In this document: piece after piece, positions 38,456 to 48,297 of the stretch
How positions within the stretch are numbered: the first letter of the stretch is position 1
Layout of the letters: every line of letters begins with the position of its first letter
Origin: Candidatus Aenigmatarchaeota archaeon
GTDB lineage: Archaea > Aenigmatarchaeota > Aenigmatarchaeia > Aenigmatarchaeales > JACQIB01
Assembly (NCBI GenBank): GCA_016198755.1
Contig: JACQIB010000005.1
Coordinates: 96,001 to 160,000, forward strand
Direction: 5' to 3'
Length of the DNA: 64,000 nt
Program-made: the position numbers and the translations under genes
Notes under the pieces: generated by a model
The model's database searches: none
Seen by the model: the letters and a program-made list of their open reading frames with translations, nothing else
Told to the model about the DNA's origin: nothing

Positions 38456-39859
38456 CTAGGTTTTTCTTAATATAACTTCCCTGACAAATTTTTTGTTCCA
38501 GCAGTTCAGGCAGTGACCTGCATACTGGACTTCCCTATAAACACCGCGGGCAGGGTAGACTGCAACTGCTTTCAGGAACAGGTCTGAAACATGATTTTCC
38601 TGCCTTGTTCTCAGCTCCTTAAGGGAATGTATGAAAAGTGCAGAGAAAGAACCGCGCAGGATAAAGGAAATTAAAAGCATGATTTGAAAGCCTGTAAAAA
38701 TAAGGAAAATTTGGGAGGAAAAGAAGTCTAACAGAAAACCGCCGGCTACAGGACCAATAAAAAGAGATAGGGAAGTAAAAAACCTGAAGTTGGAAATGTA
38801 AACGGGTCTTTTTGCCTGAGGCGTGGAATCTAGAAGATAATTAAAGGTTGAGAGGTCAAAGCCTGCCCAGCCAAAGCCGGAAAGTATTCCTGCAATTATC
38901 ATTTGTATTATAACCACAGCTAAAGAACCGCCTATAAACATCCATATAAAGGGGACGAGAGTTATCAGGATAGAAGTTATTCCCAATGTTGTCCTGTCTC
39001 CGAATCTGTCAGAAAATTTACCCCAGTATTTAAGGGAAAGGACGCTTGAAAGCACTTCAACAGCAGTCACAACTGCATACCATTCATACCCAATTTTCAG
39101 TGTCTGGAGCATGTAAACTGCGAAAAAAGGAGATACAAAGAAAACAGCAAACTGCAGGAGTGTAAGATAGCTCACAAATTTTGAAAAGTTCCTGTTCTTT
39201 TTGAACTCTTCCCTGAACTCTGAGAGAAGGAAATGTGTTCTTTCATGTTTCACATGGACAGGCTGGGGATATTTGGGTTCTGGTATCTTAGATAGGAAAT
39301 ATCTGCCTAAGAGTCCGCTTACAATTGCTATCAAGAACACTATAGCAAATCCCAATCCGGTTTTGTAAGCGCCTAAAAACCAGCCCACAATAAGAGTTGA
39401 GAAGAAAGTAACCAACCCTATATAAAAATTCCTTGTGCCAAAGAAAATGCCGCGCAGTTTTGATGGAACTAAATCACCAAACCAGCTTATCCAGGCTGTG
39501 CTTACAATGCTGTAGGAAACCTGAGAGACTGAAAGCAAAATTATTAAAGGTATAAGGAAGTTTCCTGAAAAGAGAAAGGGGAGCATCAAAATACCCAGCC
39601 AGGGAAAGGTTTTCAGAAAAATATGATCTTTGCAGACCTTTTTCCTTGAACCTGATTTTTCTATTAAATGGCCTGCAAAAGGCTGCAGAAAGCTCTGCGC
39701 AAGCCTTGGTATACCTGTTATTAACCCTATAGAGGAGTTGGAAGCCCCGAGAAATATGGCAAAGGGTACAAGGTAAGTTGAAGTTATGCTGTCGAAAATA
39801 GATGCAAACGAGCCATCAATTATAGAGCGTTTCTCTATACTCTTCGAGAATTTCTGCAT
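38456..39859 (-). CDS. MFS transporter
   Basis: About 12 TM helices, WISWFGDLVP..RG.FFG, WGKFSDRFG. Confidence 0.88.
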   Translation of the reverse strand: MQKFSKSIEKRSIIDGSFASIFDSITSTYLVPFAIFLGASNSSIGLITGIPRLAQSFLQPFAGHLIEKSGSRKKVCKDHIFLKTFPWLGILMLPFLFSGNFLIPLIILLSVSQVSYSIVSTAWISWFGDLVPSKLRGIFFGTRNFYIGLVTFFSTLIVGWFLGAYKTGLGFAIVFLIAIVSGLLGRYFLSKIPEPKYPQPVHVKHERTHFLLSEFREEFKKNRNFSKFVSYLTLLQFAVFFVSPFFAVYMLQTLKIGYEWYAVVTAVEVLSSVLSLKYWGKFSDRFGDRTTLGITSILITLVPFIWMFIGGSLAVVIIQMIIAGILSGFGWAGFDLSTFNYLLDSTPQAKRPVYISNFRFFTSLSLFIGPVAGGFLLDFFSSQIFLIFTGFQIMLLISFILRGSFSALFIHSLKELRTRQENHVSDLFLKAVAVYPARGVYREVQYAGHCLNCWNKKFVREVILRKT

Positions 39860-39900
39860 TCATAGAATTTCATATAGTCTACTTAAAAGTCTTCCTATTA

Positions 39901-40131
39901 TTACTTCCTTCCGCCTTTCAATTCCTCAGATTCTATCCAAATCAGCAAAAGCCCTAAAAGAACTAATCCAAGCGGAACTATACCTTTGATTATTGTCCAT
40001 AAATCCCTCCAGAGAGCAAACTTTGGGCCTGGCAAAAAAGCAAGCCAACTTGCTGGAAGGATAAGCCAAAGGCCAGCTAGAATAATAATAATTCCAACTA
40101 TCATTTTTACAAGGGCTGATGCTGAACTCAT
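39901..40131 (-). CDS. small two-TM membrane protein
   Basis: Two hydrophobic helices and a WIESEELK tail. Confidence 0.65.
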   Translation of the reverse strand: MSSASALVKMIVGIIIILAGLWLILPASWLAFLPGPKFALWRDLWTIIKGIVPLGLVLLGLLLIWIESEELKGGRK

Positions 40132-40282
40132 ACTTAATCTATCTGCATAGTTGATTTAAATATGTTACTGAATATGACACCTTAAAGGAAAAAATAGCTG
40201 ACGTGTAAATATTTTTTCTACGGCAGAAAGCATATTCTGGGCAACATAAATGAATATATGCTTGCGCCTGTCTATTTTCCGC

Positions 40283-40852
40283 ATGCGAGATTACTCCCAT
40301 TATATGGAAGTTATATCAGGTCCTATGTTTTCCGGAAAAACAACAGAACTTTTAAGGCAGTATGAAATATTCAAGAAGTGTATTTTCCCAATACAGGTTT
40401 TCAGGTGGGTTGAAGATGGAAGGTATGGAGATGGTGTTAAAACACATGCTGGCCACAGCTTTAACAAGGATGATATTTTTCTTGCAAAAACATCTGAGGA
40501 TATAAGGACATTGCTAAAGCCAGATACAAAGGTTGTAATGGTTGATGAGGGGCAATTTTTTGATTCTGGTTTGCCTTCCCTTCTAGAGGAGCTTTCTAAC
40601 AGGGGTGTTATAGTTATCGCAACAGTTCTCCCAACAGACTATAGGGGGGAACCTTTTGGTATTTCACCCCAGCTTCTTGCTCGGGCAGATCATGTGGTTT
40701 CCCTGAACGCGCGCTGTATGTACCCAGAGAATGGGAAGCTTTGTTTAAGGCCTGCAACAAAATCCTCAAGGATAGTAAATATTCCGGGGCAAGTTCTGGT
40801 TGGTGGTTCTGAGTATTATGAGCCGCGCTGCAGGCAGCACCACACAAAATAA
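40283..40852 (+). CDS. tdk: thymidine kinase
   Basis: GPMFSGKTTELL, VDEGQFF, DYRGEPF, VGGSEYYEPRCRQH. Confidence 0.92.
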   Translation: MRDYSHYMEVISGPMFSGKTTELLRQYEIFKKCIFPIQVFRWVEDGRYGDGVKTHAGHSFNKDDIFLAKTSEDIRTLLKPDTKVVMVDEGQFFDSGLPSLLEELSNRGVIVIATVLPTDYRGEPFGISPQLLARADHVVSLNARCMYPENGKLCLRPATKSSRIVNIPGQVLVGGSEYYEPRCRQHHTK

Positions 40853-41587
40853 TCAGGCTTCTTCCCCGTTTGTTTCAGTTCCCTCGAAAGCGCTCACAAC
40901 CATTTTCCCTGAGTCTGTAACTTCAGCAAATATTTTTCCGGATTTGAATGTGGTTTTCAGAAAACCCATGTCAGCAAGCTTTTTCAGGTAATAATTAACT
41001 TTTGATCTGTTAGTGCTTTTTAGAAAAGGTTTTGTTCTGTCCACCAGCTCTGTTATTGATATTGAATTGACAGCTGCTATTATTTTCAATAGTTTCAGCT
41101 CAACCTTTAGCAAATAGGATATAGGCAGCAACGGAACATCCACAACTTCCCTTCCGCCATAGGAAATAAAACGGTCTTCCTTTTTGAAAATTTCATCGTA
41201 CTTTTCCGGTATAACATAGTAGGCTTTTGCTCTGGTTAAAGAGGCTGCGAAAATTGCTGCTGAAGTTACAATATGGGAGCCTGAAGAAATGTTTAGGTAA
41301 ATAGAATTTCCTTTTGCCTGTTCCTCTTTTATTGTTTTCAATATTCCTCTGAAACAGTCAAAATAATCCTCGTATACAACCTCTATTTTTTTGAAATCAA
41401 AATATTTTGAGAACTCCTTTATTATTTTTTCCCCCACAGATTTTGTTTTAATGTTCCACCAGTCCTCTATTGAACCTGCTTTGGCTTTTCCTGGAACAAC
41501 AAGATAAACTTTGTCTGCCCCAAGCTTCATGCAGCCGTATATGCTTCTTTCAGAATCCCAGCCTAAAGTTAGAATGTGTACCTTCAT
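40853..41587 (-). CDS. CARF-like (DUF6293/Csa3-type) + winged-helix transcriptional regulator
   Basis: VHILTLG, ADKVYLV, YLNISSGSH, YYVIPE.Y, then wHTH KVNYYLKKLADMGFL...VTDSG. Confidence 0.78.
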   Translation of the reverse strand: MKVHILTLGWDSERSIYGCMKLGADKVYLVVPGKAKAGSIEDWWNIKTKSVGEKIIKEFSKYFDFKKIEVVYEDYFDCFRGILKTIKEEQAKGNSIYLNISSGSHIVTSAAIFAASLTRAKAYYVIPEKYDEIFKKEDRFISYGGREVVDVPLLPISYLLKVELKLLKIIAAVNSISITELVDRTKPFLKSTNRSKVNYYLKKLADMGFLKTTFKSGKIFAEVTDSGKMVVSAFEGTETNGEEA

Positions 41588-41650
41588 TTTCCCACAGACT
41601 AGTTTGTGGTTCAGGGTTTTAAATAGAAGTTGGCTGCATTGGAAAATTTA

Positions 41651-41662
41651 TTTACATGTAAA
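41651..41662. promoter_or_regulatory. perfect 12-bp palindrome in the divergent regulator/thyA promoter
   Basis: TTTACATGTAAA; a second imperfect palindrome CCACAGACTAGTTTGTGG lies at about 41592-41609. Confidence 0.45.
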
Positions 41663-41715
41663 ATTTTTATTGTTTTTAATTTAAGCTTTTAAGACTGTGC
41701 TGTGAGTTGTTTTTA

Positions 41716-43146
41716 ATGCAGTGGCCTATTTTCTATGGAGATGAATTGAAACTGGGAAACCCTGAAAGCCCTGTCGGGGTCTGCACATTATGGACAAAGC
41801 GAGATGTTATATATAAAAATCTTCCTGAGGGAAAGTTTGCTGTATGTGGAAACCTGTATACTGTGCAGGGCATAAACCCTATGCTAAAGAATGTTTTGGC
41901 TAACCCGAAAATAAGGTATATTGTTATTTGTGGTGCAGATTTAATGAAAAGCGGAGAGGCGCTGATTAACTTCCTGAAAAATGGGATTGGGGATGATAGG
42001 AAAATAATTGGATCTTCGGGCTATATTGATTCAAATGTGGATACTGAGCTTGTTAATAAATTTAGGGAAAATGTGAAGATAATTGATTTGAGGGGGAGGG
42101 AAGCTGATGTGCCAGCTGTTTTAGAGTCTATAAAGGAAGAGGCAAAGCCCTTTATGGAGCCTGTCTGGATAACAGAGCTGGATAAGTCATCTGCCCCACT
42201 GAAAACAGAAGATGTGGTTTTCAAAGTCCGCGGGCCCTCAATACCATGGGTCTGGCTGAGGGCTCTAAATAATGTGATGAAGTTTGGGGAAGAGAAGGAT
42301 ACAGATTATAAAATCAGGCAGAAGGAGATACTGGATTTGGTCTCTGTTATAGATGGGGATGAACCAGCACTCCCGGCATGGCTGCCAATAACAGAAAGGG
42401 ATTTGGAAAACTACTATGAAACATTCTTTTCAAAGGAAAGGCCTCTAGGAGTTGAGTATACATATGGAGAGAGGCTTTTCAACTACCAGCTCTCACATGT
42501 GCCTGATAAATTTTTAGAGGAATTTGGAGAAGCGCAGGATCAGATAGGAGCTGTTGTAAGAATCTTAAAGGAGAGACCGCACACGCGCAGGGCTGTTGCT
42601 TTTACACTGAAAGAGGGAGATTCAGGTTCTAAAAACCCACCTTGCTTAACCCAAATAGTATGGAGTATTAGAGCAGGAAAGCTGGTACAGACTGCAAATT
42701 TCAGATCCCATGATATTTTTGGGGCTTGGTTGTTGAACGCATTTGCTCTCAGAAGGCTGCAGAGGCAGATAGCTGAACGGGTTGGAATTGGGCTGGGAAA
42801 GCTTGTTATTTTATCAAATTCAGCGCATGTTTATGAAAACAACTGGAAGGAAGCTGAGAAAATACTGGAAAAGAGCTTTGCAGGCAGGGTTCTCCCGCTG
42901 GTTGAGGATGAACATGGCTATTTTATTGTAAAAGTAGAACAGGGGATTTTTGTTGAACACTATACAAAGGAAGGACTGCCTTCAGGATTTGTTTTCCATG
43001 GGAAGGATGCCCAAATACTGTATAGGAAAATACTGCACGAGGGGTTGGTCTCCCTTATGGATCATGCAGCCTATCTTGGCCATCAGTTGGCAAAGGCTGA
43101 ATACTGCCTGAAAACAGGGGAAAAATTTGTGCAGGATAAAGCATAG
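41716..43146 (+). CDS. thyA: thymidylate synthase fused to an N-terminal MtrA-like domain and a C-terminal DUF4346-like domain
   Basis: N-term VGVCTLWT..GNLYT..NVLANPKIRYIVICG..SGEAL; TS core YTYGERL, RRA, PPCL, FRSHD..N, SAHVYE; C-term GYFIV..DHAAYLGHQLAKAE..FVQD. Confidence 0.85.
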   Translation: MQWPIFYGDELKLGNPESPVGVCTLWTKRDVIYKNLPEGKFAVCGNLYTVQGINPMLKNVLANPKIRYIVICGADLMKSGEALINFLKNGIGDDRKIIGSSGYIDSNVDTELVNKFRENVKIIDLRGREADVPAVLESIKEEAKPFMEPVWITELDKSSAPLKTEDVVFKVRGPSIPWVWLRALNNVMKFGEEKDTDYKIRQKEILDLVSVIDGDEPALPAWLPITERDLENYYETFFSKERPLGVEYTYGERLFNYQLSHVPDKFLEEFGEAQDQIGAVVRILKERPHTRRAVAFTLKEGDSGSKNPPCLTQIVWSIRAGKLVQTANFRSHDIFGAWLLNAFALRRLQRQIAERVGIGLGKLVILSNSAHVYENNWKEAEKILEKSFAGRVLPLVEDEHGYFIVKVEQGIFVEHYTKEGLPSGFVFHGKDAQILYRKILHEGLVSLMDHAAYLGHQLAKAEYCLKTGEKFVQDKA

Positions 43147-43214
43147 GTTCTTAAACTTTTTCCTTTCCTCTCTGGTAGAGATGTGCTTAAATAATTTACA
43201 CACAGAATTGTAGA

Positions 43215-44183
43215 ATGCGTGTGGGGGTTGAAAGAACGGGTAGCAGCAGGCCTCAGAAACCTGTTTTGAAAGTTTTGGGGGACTTTGATTTAACACTTGG
43301 TCCATATTGTCAGGGATCTATTTTTAGGCATTTTAAAGTGAATGAAGCTGATTTCTGGAGAGAAAAGGAAGAACTTCTTCAAACATGGAGACAGGAACAG
43401 GGATATGAAGGACCAGGAGAGCTTGCATACCTTGCACTCATGATAAACTATGCAAGACCGGGGGGAAAGATGGCTGGACTAAATAACAGACTTATACATG
43501 ACCTTGGAAAAGAATTGGAATTTTATCCTGGAGTTCCGGATTTTATACCTGCTGTAAAAGCTGCTGTTGAGGAAGATCCAAGATGTAAAGATCATGGATT
43601 GAAGGTTGATTTTCATGTTGTTACAACAGGTCTGGATGAGATAATACGCGGAAGTCCATTAGCTCAGCACATAGTAAGTGTACATGGAAGTGGGTTTATA
43701 GAACAGGATGGTGTTATAGCAGTGCCGCGTTTGCTTTCCCCATATGGAAAGGGAGAGTATCTGTTTACGCTAACAAAAGGGCGCCAGGATTTGCTGAATG
43801 TGGAAATGTCTGATGAAGCAAGAGTTGCTCTTAAGAGCGATGTATTTGCCTTGGGAGATGGACCATCTGACATAGCAATGTTCAGGCTCGTAAAGAAAAA
43901 TGGAGGCATAGCTATGGGAGTATACGACCCCAAAAGTAATAAGTCGAGATCACAGAATATGACTATGCTTAGGGAAGGAAGGATAGACCTATCTGGCCCC
44001 ACAGATTATAGTGAAGGGAGTCATACACGCATACAGATAGAAGAAGGGCTTTTGCACATGGCTTATAGGGTTATAGATGATATTGAAGCCAGGAGCCGTG
44101 GGGGTGTGGGCGCTGATGTTGGACACTTGAATGCCCCAAGGGTTGTTGCTGGACCTGCACACAGACCGGAAAGAAAAACCTAA
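43215..44183 (+). CDS. HAD-superfamily hydrolase (paralog A)
   Basis: GDFDLTL, FYPGVPDF, VTTGL, LGDGPSDI. Confidence 0.8.
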   Translation: MRVGVERTGSSRPQKPVLKVLGDFDLTLGPYCQGSIFRHFKVNEADFWREKEELLQTWRQEQGYEGPGELAYLALMINYARPGGKMAGLNNRLIHDLGKELEFYPGVPDFIPAVKAAVEEDPRCKDHGLKVDFHVVTTGLDEIIRGSPLAQHIVSVHGSGFIEQDGVIAVPRLLSPYGKGEYLFTLTKGRQDLLNVEMSDEARVALKSDVFALGDGPSDIAMFRLVKKNGGIAMGVYDPKSNKSRSQNMTMLREGRIDLSGPTDYSEGSHTRIQIEEGLLHMAYRVIDDIEARSRGGVGADVGHLNAPRVVAGPAHRPERKT

Positions 44184-44256
44184 AGTTTATTTTGAAATAC
44201 TTTTATATTTTTTTCATTATACATGTCTTTAAATGTTTTTCTGACACAATTAAAAT

Positions 44257-45264
44257 ATGCCTGATAAAAGGAAGTGGGAAGAGCCTGCTACACCAGCTAT
44301 ACCGGGAAAACCTGTATATTTAGAAGTTTTTATGGATTTTGATAAAACTCTAGGAGAGTATTGTGAGCATCCTTTATTTAGGCGTTGTGGAGTAGATCCT
44401 GTAAAATTCTGGGTTAGAAACAACGAGTGGACAGAACAGCTTAAAGCTGGTGGATATAATGTTGGCACTGGGGAAATAGGATATATGACACTTATGATTA
44501 GATGTGCCAGAGGACTAGAACCTGAATTCAGAGGTATGAAGGGACTGAACAATAGAATGCTGCGAGAATCAGGTGAAGAACTTGAAACTTATCCTGGTGT
44601 TCCAACTTTTATAGACAATTTAAAAAGTTGTTTGGAAGGCAGAGAAGAATGGAGAAATTATAATATAAGATTAGGTTTCCATGTTGCATCAACAGGCTTG
44701 ACAGAAGTTATATTGGGAAATGAATTGGCTAAACACCTTTCGACTGTAACTGGCCATGAAAACCGGCAAATTCAAAGTGTACATGGATCTCAGTTTATTG
44801 AAGAGGATGGTGTAATAGCGCATCCTATATTGCTGGATCCATATTCAAAAGGTAGAGTAATATATCAAATAGCAAAGGGTGGTCTAGACCTTTTGAATGT
44901 TGATGTTCCAATAGAAAAAAGGAGATCTTTGAAGCGTAATTTTCTTGTTTTGGGCGATGGTCCATCTGATAAGGCTGCTTTCTCTGTGGCTCATCGTTAC
45001 GGGGGAAGGGGAATAGGTGTATTTGATCCTGCTAATAAAAATTCTATAATGCAAGTTCATAGACTCCATGAAGAAGGTGTGATTAACCATATGTGTCCAG
45101 CAGATTTTACTCCAGGAGGTGCTACATTACTGACAATGGAAGCAACGCTTATGGGAATGGCAGAAAGAGTAATTGAAGAATTATCCCAACAGTCAGTTTA
45201 TGCAATGCACTCTGCACCAACTTATCTTGAAGCCCCAGTTCCTAAGAAAGTAGGAAAAGCATAA
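44257..45264 (+). CDS. HAD-superfamily hydrolase (paralog B)
   Basis: MDFDKTL, TYPGVPTF, ASTGL, LGDGPSD; collinear with paralog A (e.g. SVHGS.FIE.DGVIA.P.LL.PY.KG). Confidence 0.8.
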   Translation: MPDKRKWEEPATPAIPGKPVYLEVFMDFDKTLGEYCEHPLFRRCGVDPVKFWVRNNEWTEQLKAGGYNVGTGEIGYMTLMIRCARGLEPEFRGMKGLNNRMLRESGEELETYPGVPTFIDNLKSCLEGREEWRNYNIRLGFHVASTGLTEVILGNELAKHLSTVTGHENRQIQSVHGSQFIEEDGVIAHPILLDPYSKGRVIYQIAKGGLDLLNVDVPIEKRRSLKRNFLVLGDGPSDKAAFSVAHRYGGRGIGVFDPANKNSIMQVHRLHEEGVINHMCPADFTPGGATLLTMEATLMGMAERVIEELSQQSVYAMHSAPTYLEAPVPKKVGKA

Positions 45265-45342
45265 CAAAATAAATTTTACGCGTCAAACTCAGCAAAGGAG
45301 CCTATTTATTCTTTCTCTGGCATTAGTTTTTGGTTGGATTTT

Positions 45343-45954
45343 ATGGGCGGAAGAGAAATGAAGGTGAATTTTGTGCGGGTATCAGATCCAATGTTTCTTA
45401 CTACAGATCATGGATACCATGTCTGGGTGGATTCACTTAAGCCCTTTGTGAAATTAACTGGAGTAGTCGAGGGTAAAACAGTATATCCAAGGGAAGTGCG
45501 GGGAGGGTATGCTACAGATCCAAAGCTGGGAAGGTCTGCCTCTGGATTGGATAGGGTAGATAGAAGAGCAATGGATATTTTTAAGGAAATATTGCTAGCC
45601 GAAAGGGTTAGATATGTTGAGGATGATATGGAGCCTCATGTAGAGGGTATAGACATTAAAAGTTTGGCTGGAAAGTTTAATTTTTCTCATGGGGGAACAG
45701 AATACAAAGCTGTGCCCAGATGGTTTTTGCTTGGGTATTCTCCGGATCATGCTCTTTCTTTAACTCTGGCTCCGGGTACTCCTGATAGATTACGTCTAAC
45801 AACTGTCTACCAATATAGCAACAAGGGTGTTGAAGACAGAAGTCAGTTTAATAGAGCTGTTAGAAAAGTTGTTCCTGCTGATGTACATTTCGGTGTTGTA
45901 CCATTTCCAAAGGGCAAAGCCACTGTTGTTCCGCCTCCATTTATTATTCACTAA
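45343..45954 (+). CDS. hypothetical protein (ORFan)
   Basis: About 203 aa open frame, no recognisable motif. Confidence 0.6.
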   Translation: MGGREMKVNFVRVSDPMFLTTDHGYHVWVDSLKPFVKLTGVVEGKTVYPREVRGGYATDPKLGRSASGLDRVDRRAMDIFKEILLAERVRYVEDDMEPHVEGIDIKSLAGKFNFSHGGTEYKAVPRWFLLGYSPDHALSLTLAPGTPDRLRLTTVYQYSNKGVEDRSQFNRAVRKVVPADVHFGVVPFPKGKATVVPPPFIIH

Positions 45955-46035
45955 ACCGGAAGCTGCAGGAAAGGTTTATAAACGTTCTCTGATATTAGAG
46001 TGCAGCTTGAAAGCCATTGGGCTGATGTGAGAAAT

Positions 46036-46539
46036 ATGGGGTTTACAAAGTATTTGAGGCAGAATTGGGGCTCTGAAGAGCAGAAAGAGCTAATGAGAGG
46101 GAGGCTTATTTCTTGGAGAAAGGAAGGGACTGTTAAGAGGATTGAAAGGCCAACAAGGCTGGACAGGGCTCATTCTTTGGGATGGAAAGCTAAGCAGGGA
46201 TTTTTTATTGTAAGGGTTAAGATTGGAAAGGGAACTAGCAAGAGAGAGAAACCAGCTGGTGGAAGGAAGCCTTCGAAAGCTGGAATGACTTCCATGAACC
46301 CTAAAAGAAGTTTGCAGGCTATTGCTGAAGGGAGAGCCAGCAGAAAGTTTCCGAATGCTGAAGTTTTGAACAGCTATTATATGGCTGAGGATGGAAAGCA
46401 AAAATGGTTTGAAGTTATTCTTGTAGACAGATCTCATCCAGCTATTATTTCAGACAGAACAGTAGGATGGATTGCTAATGTAAGGGGAAGGAGTGAGAGA
46501 GGATTGACTTCTGCAGGTAAAAAAAGCAGGGATTTGTAA
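46036..46539 (+). CDS. rpl15e: 50S ribosomal protein L15e
   Basis: RIERPTRLDRAHSLGWKAKQG, EVLNSY, WFEVILVD, RGLTSAGKKSR. Confidence 0.95.
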   Translation: MGFTKYLRQNWGSEEQKELMRGRLISWRKEGTVKRIERPTRLDRAHSLGWKAKQGFFIVRVKIGKGTSKREKPAGGRKPSKAGMTSMNPKRSLQAIAEGRASRKFPNAEVLNSYYMAEDGKQKWFEVILVDRSHPAIISDRTVGWIANVRGRSERGLTSAGKKSRDL

Positions 46540-46591
46540 ATATTTTGAAGCATACAAATTATTATAAATAAGTTTGCAGCTATATTTGAGG

Positions 46592-47056
46592 ATGGTTAAT
46601 GGTATTCTAAGGGAAGGTATAAAACCGTTAGCGATTGCTGGATGGATGAATGTTGGTGTAAGAGAAGTAGACAGAAGAGTGGGTGTTGGGGTATACGAGA
46701 GGGTGGAGCTTGAACATGGACCGCCCGCTGTTCCTACTGCACGGTGCAGTGTTTCACCAGCTCCACTAACTTCTCTTGGAAGTATGAGCCCATATTTGGT
46801 TTTTCTTGCCGAACATCATGCCAGGGATAGTGAATTGAGAATAGGATTGTATGTTCCGCCTGCAAAATATACAAGCTTGGCTGGGTTTACAGTAGACACG
46901 CCTCTGCAAATATTGTTTGATGGGAATAGGTTAAGGGTGGAACATTCTGAAAGGGGGTTCGAGCATGTGGGAGAAGGTGTCATAAAGAGGTCCTGTATAC
47001 CAGAGAGTATCATTGGAGTGGAAACTGAAGCAGCAGAACCTGTTGCAGGTGCCTAG
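46592..47056 (+). CDS. hypothetical protein (ORFan) between rpl15e and rnp3
   Basis: TATAAATA upstream; Arg/Val-rich; ends EAAEPVAGA. Confidence 0.6.
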   Translation: MVNGILREGIKPLAIAGWMNVGVREVDRRVGVGVYERVELEHGPPAVPTARCSVSPAPLTSLGSMSPYLVFLAEHHARDSELRIGLYVPPAKYTSLAGFTVDTPLQILFDGNRLRVEHSERGFEHVGEGVIKRSCIPESIIGVETEAAEPVAGA

Positions 47057-47096
47057 TTTCAGGTGGGTTTTTATTCTTGCCTGAGAAAGCTTTTGT

Positions 47097-47825
47097 ATGG
47101 CACAGTTTTATGACTTGTGTGTTAGAAGCCCGTTTTCAGGCGGGCAGAGCTCGCTGGCTGAGATAGTAAAGGCTGGGGAGAAGTTTGGGTTTTCAGGGAT
47201 TTGTATAGTGGATAATTTTAGGGATTTGGCTGGGTTAGGGGAACTGAAAGCTGCAGTTGAAAAAGCAAGAGCTGGAACAAAGCTGGATATTGCTATAGGC
47301 GCTGAGATAAGGGTTGATTCTGTGCAGGAGCTAAAGAAAGTTGTGGAACAGGTAAGGGAAAGAGTGGAAGTTCTTATTGTTAGTGGGGGGGATTACAATA
47401 TTAATCGCGCGGCGTGCGAGGATTCGAGAGTGGATATTCTTTTACATCCGGAAGCCGGAAGGATTGACTCTGGGTTGGATGAGACTTGTGCAGAAGCTGC
47501 ACAAAAAAACAGCGTTGCAATGGGATTTAGTTTTAAAGAACTTTTGAACAGCTTCAGAAAACAACGGGCTAAAATACTGGAAAGTATTGGAACAAATGCG
47601 CAGCTTTTGGAAAAAACAAAGGGGTTGGGGGTTGCTGTTTCCTCTGCTTCTTCTGTCTGGGAAATGAGGGAACCGCGCCAGCTGGCTTCTGTACTGACTG
47701 CACTGGGATTTGAGCTTTCCGCGGCTCTTAGAATGGTGTCTGAAAATCCTGTATGGATACTTGAAAAGAACAGGAAGGTTTTGGCTGGGAAAAGAATAAC
47801 AGAGGGGGTTGAGATAGTTGGCTGA
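47097..47825 (+). CDS. rnp3: RNase P protein component 3 (Rpp30)
   Basis: GGDYNINRAACEDSRVDILLHPE, EMREPRQL; conserved superoperon position. Confidence 0.9.
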   Translation: MAQFYDLCVRSPFSGGQSSLAEIVKAGEKFGFSGICIVDNFRDLAGLGELKAAVEKARAGTKLDIAIGAEIRVDSVQELKKVVEQVRERVEVLIVSGGDYNINRAACEDSRVDILLHPEAGRIDSGLDETCAEAAQKNSVAMGFSFKELLNSFRKQRAKILESIGTNAQLLEKTKGLGVAVSSASSVWEMREPRQLASVLTALGFELSAALRMVSENPVWILEKNRKVLAGKRITEGVEIVG

Positions 47826-48288
47826 TTTTCCTGAAAAAACAGAACCGAGACCAAACAGGCTTTCCCCAACTCTTAGGGATAAGAAAAGGTATCTTGCATT
47901 TTATGTGGAAAGGGGCGGGGATGTACAGTTTATGGATTTGCTGAATGCTATCTGGCAGGGTATACTTGGATTTTTAGGGGAGCTGGGAACTGCAAAGGCT
48001 GGGATTTGGATTTTAAAAACTACATGGGATGAACAGAGAAGAATGGGACTGATAAAGTGTAATAACACTTCTGTGGAAGAGGTAAGGGCTGCGCTTTCTG
48101 TTGTAAACAGGGTTGGGGATGTTCCTGTTACTGTAACTGTTGTTGGGGTTTCAGGAACTATTAAGGGTGCGAAGAAGAAGTTTTTCGGTGAGAGAGATTT
48201 AATGAGCTTTGCTGGAACTGCTCCTGTGCAGACTGCAGAGATAGAAGAAGAGGAGGGGGGAGAAGAGGAGGAAGGAGAACTTTTCTGA
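47818..48288 (+). CDS. rnp2: RNase P protein component 2 (Pop5) with acidic tail
   Basis: PTLRDKKRYLAF, FLGELG, GVSGTIKGAKKK. Confidence 0.92.
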   Translation: MADFPEKTEPRPNRLSPTLRDKKRYLAFYVERGGDVQFMDLLNAIWQGILGFLGELGTAKAGIWILKTTWDEQRRMGLIKCNNTSVEEVRAALSVVNRVGDVPVTVTVVGVSGTIKGAKKKFFGERDLMSFAGTAPVQTAEIEEEEGGEEEEGELF

Positions 48289-48297
48289 GGTGGAAAA

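Noticed and set aside
41716-42200. Evidence for methanogenesis (mtrA)
   Set aside because: The domain is fused to ThyA, lacks the corrinoid His and a membrane anchor, and no other mtr genes are present.
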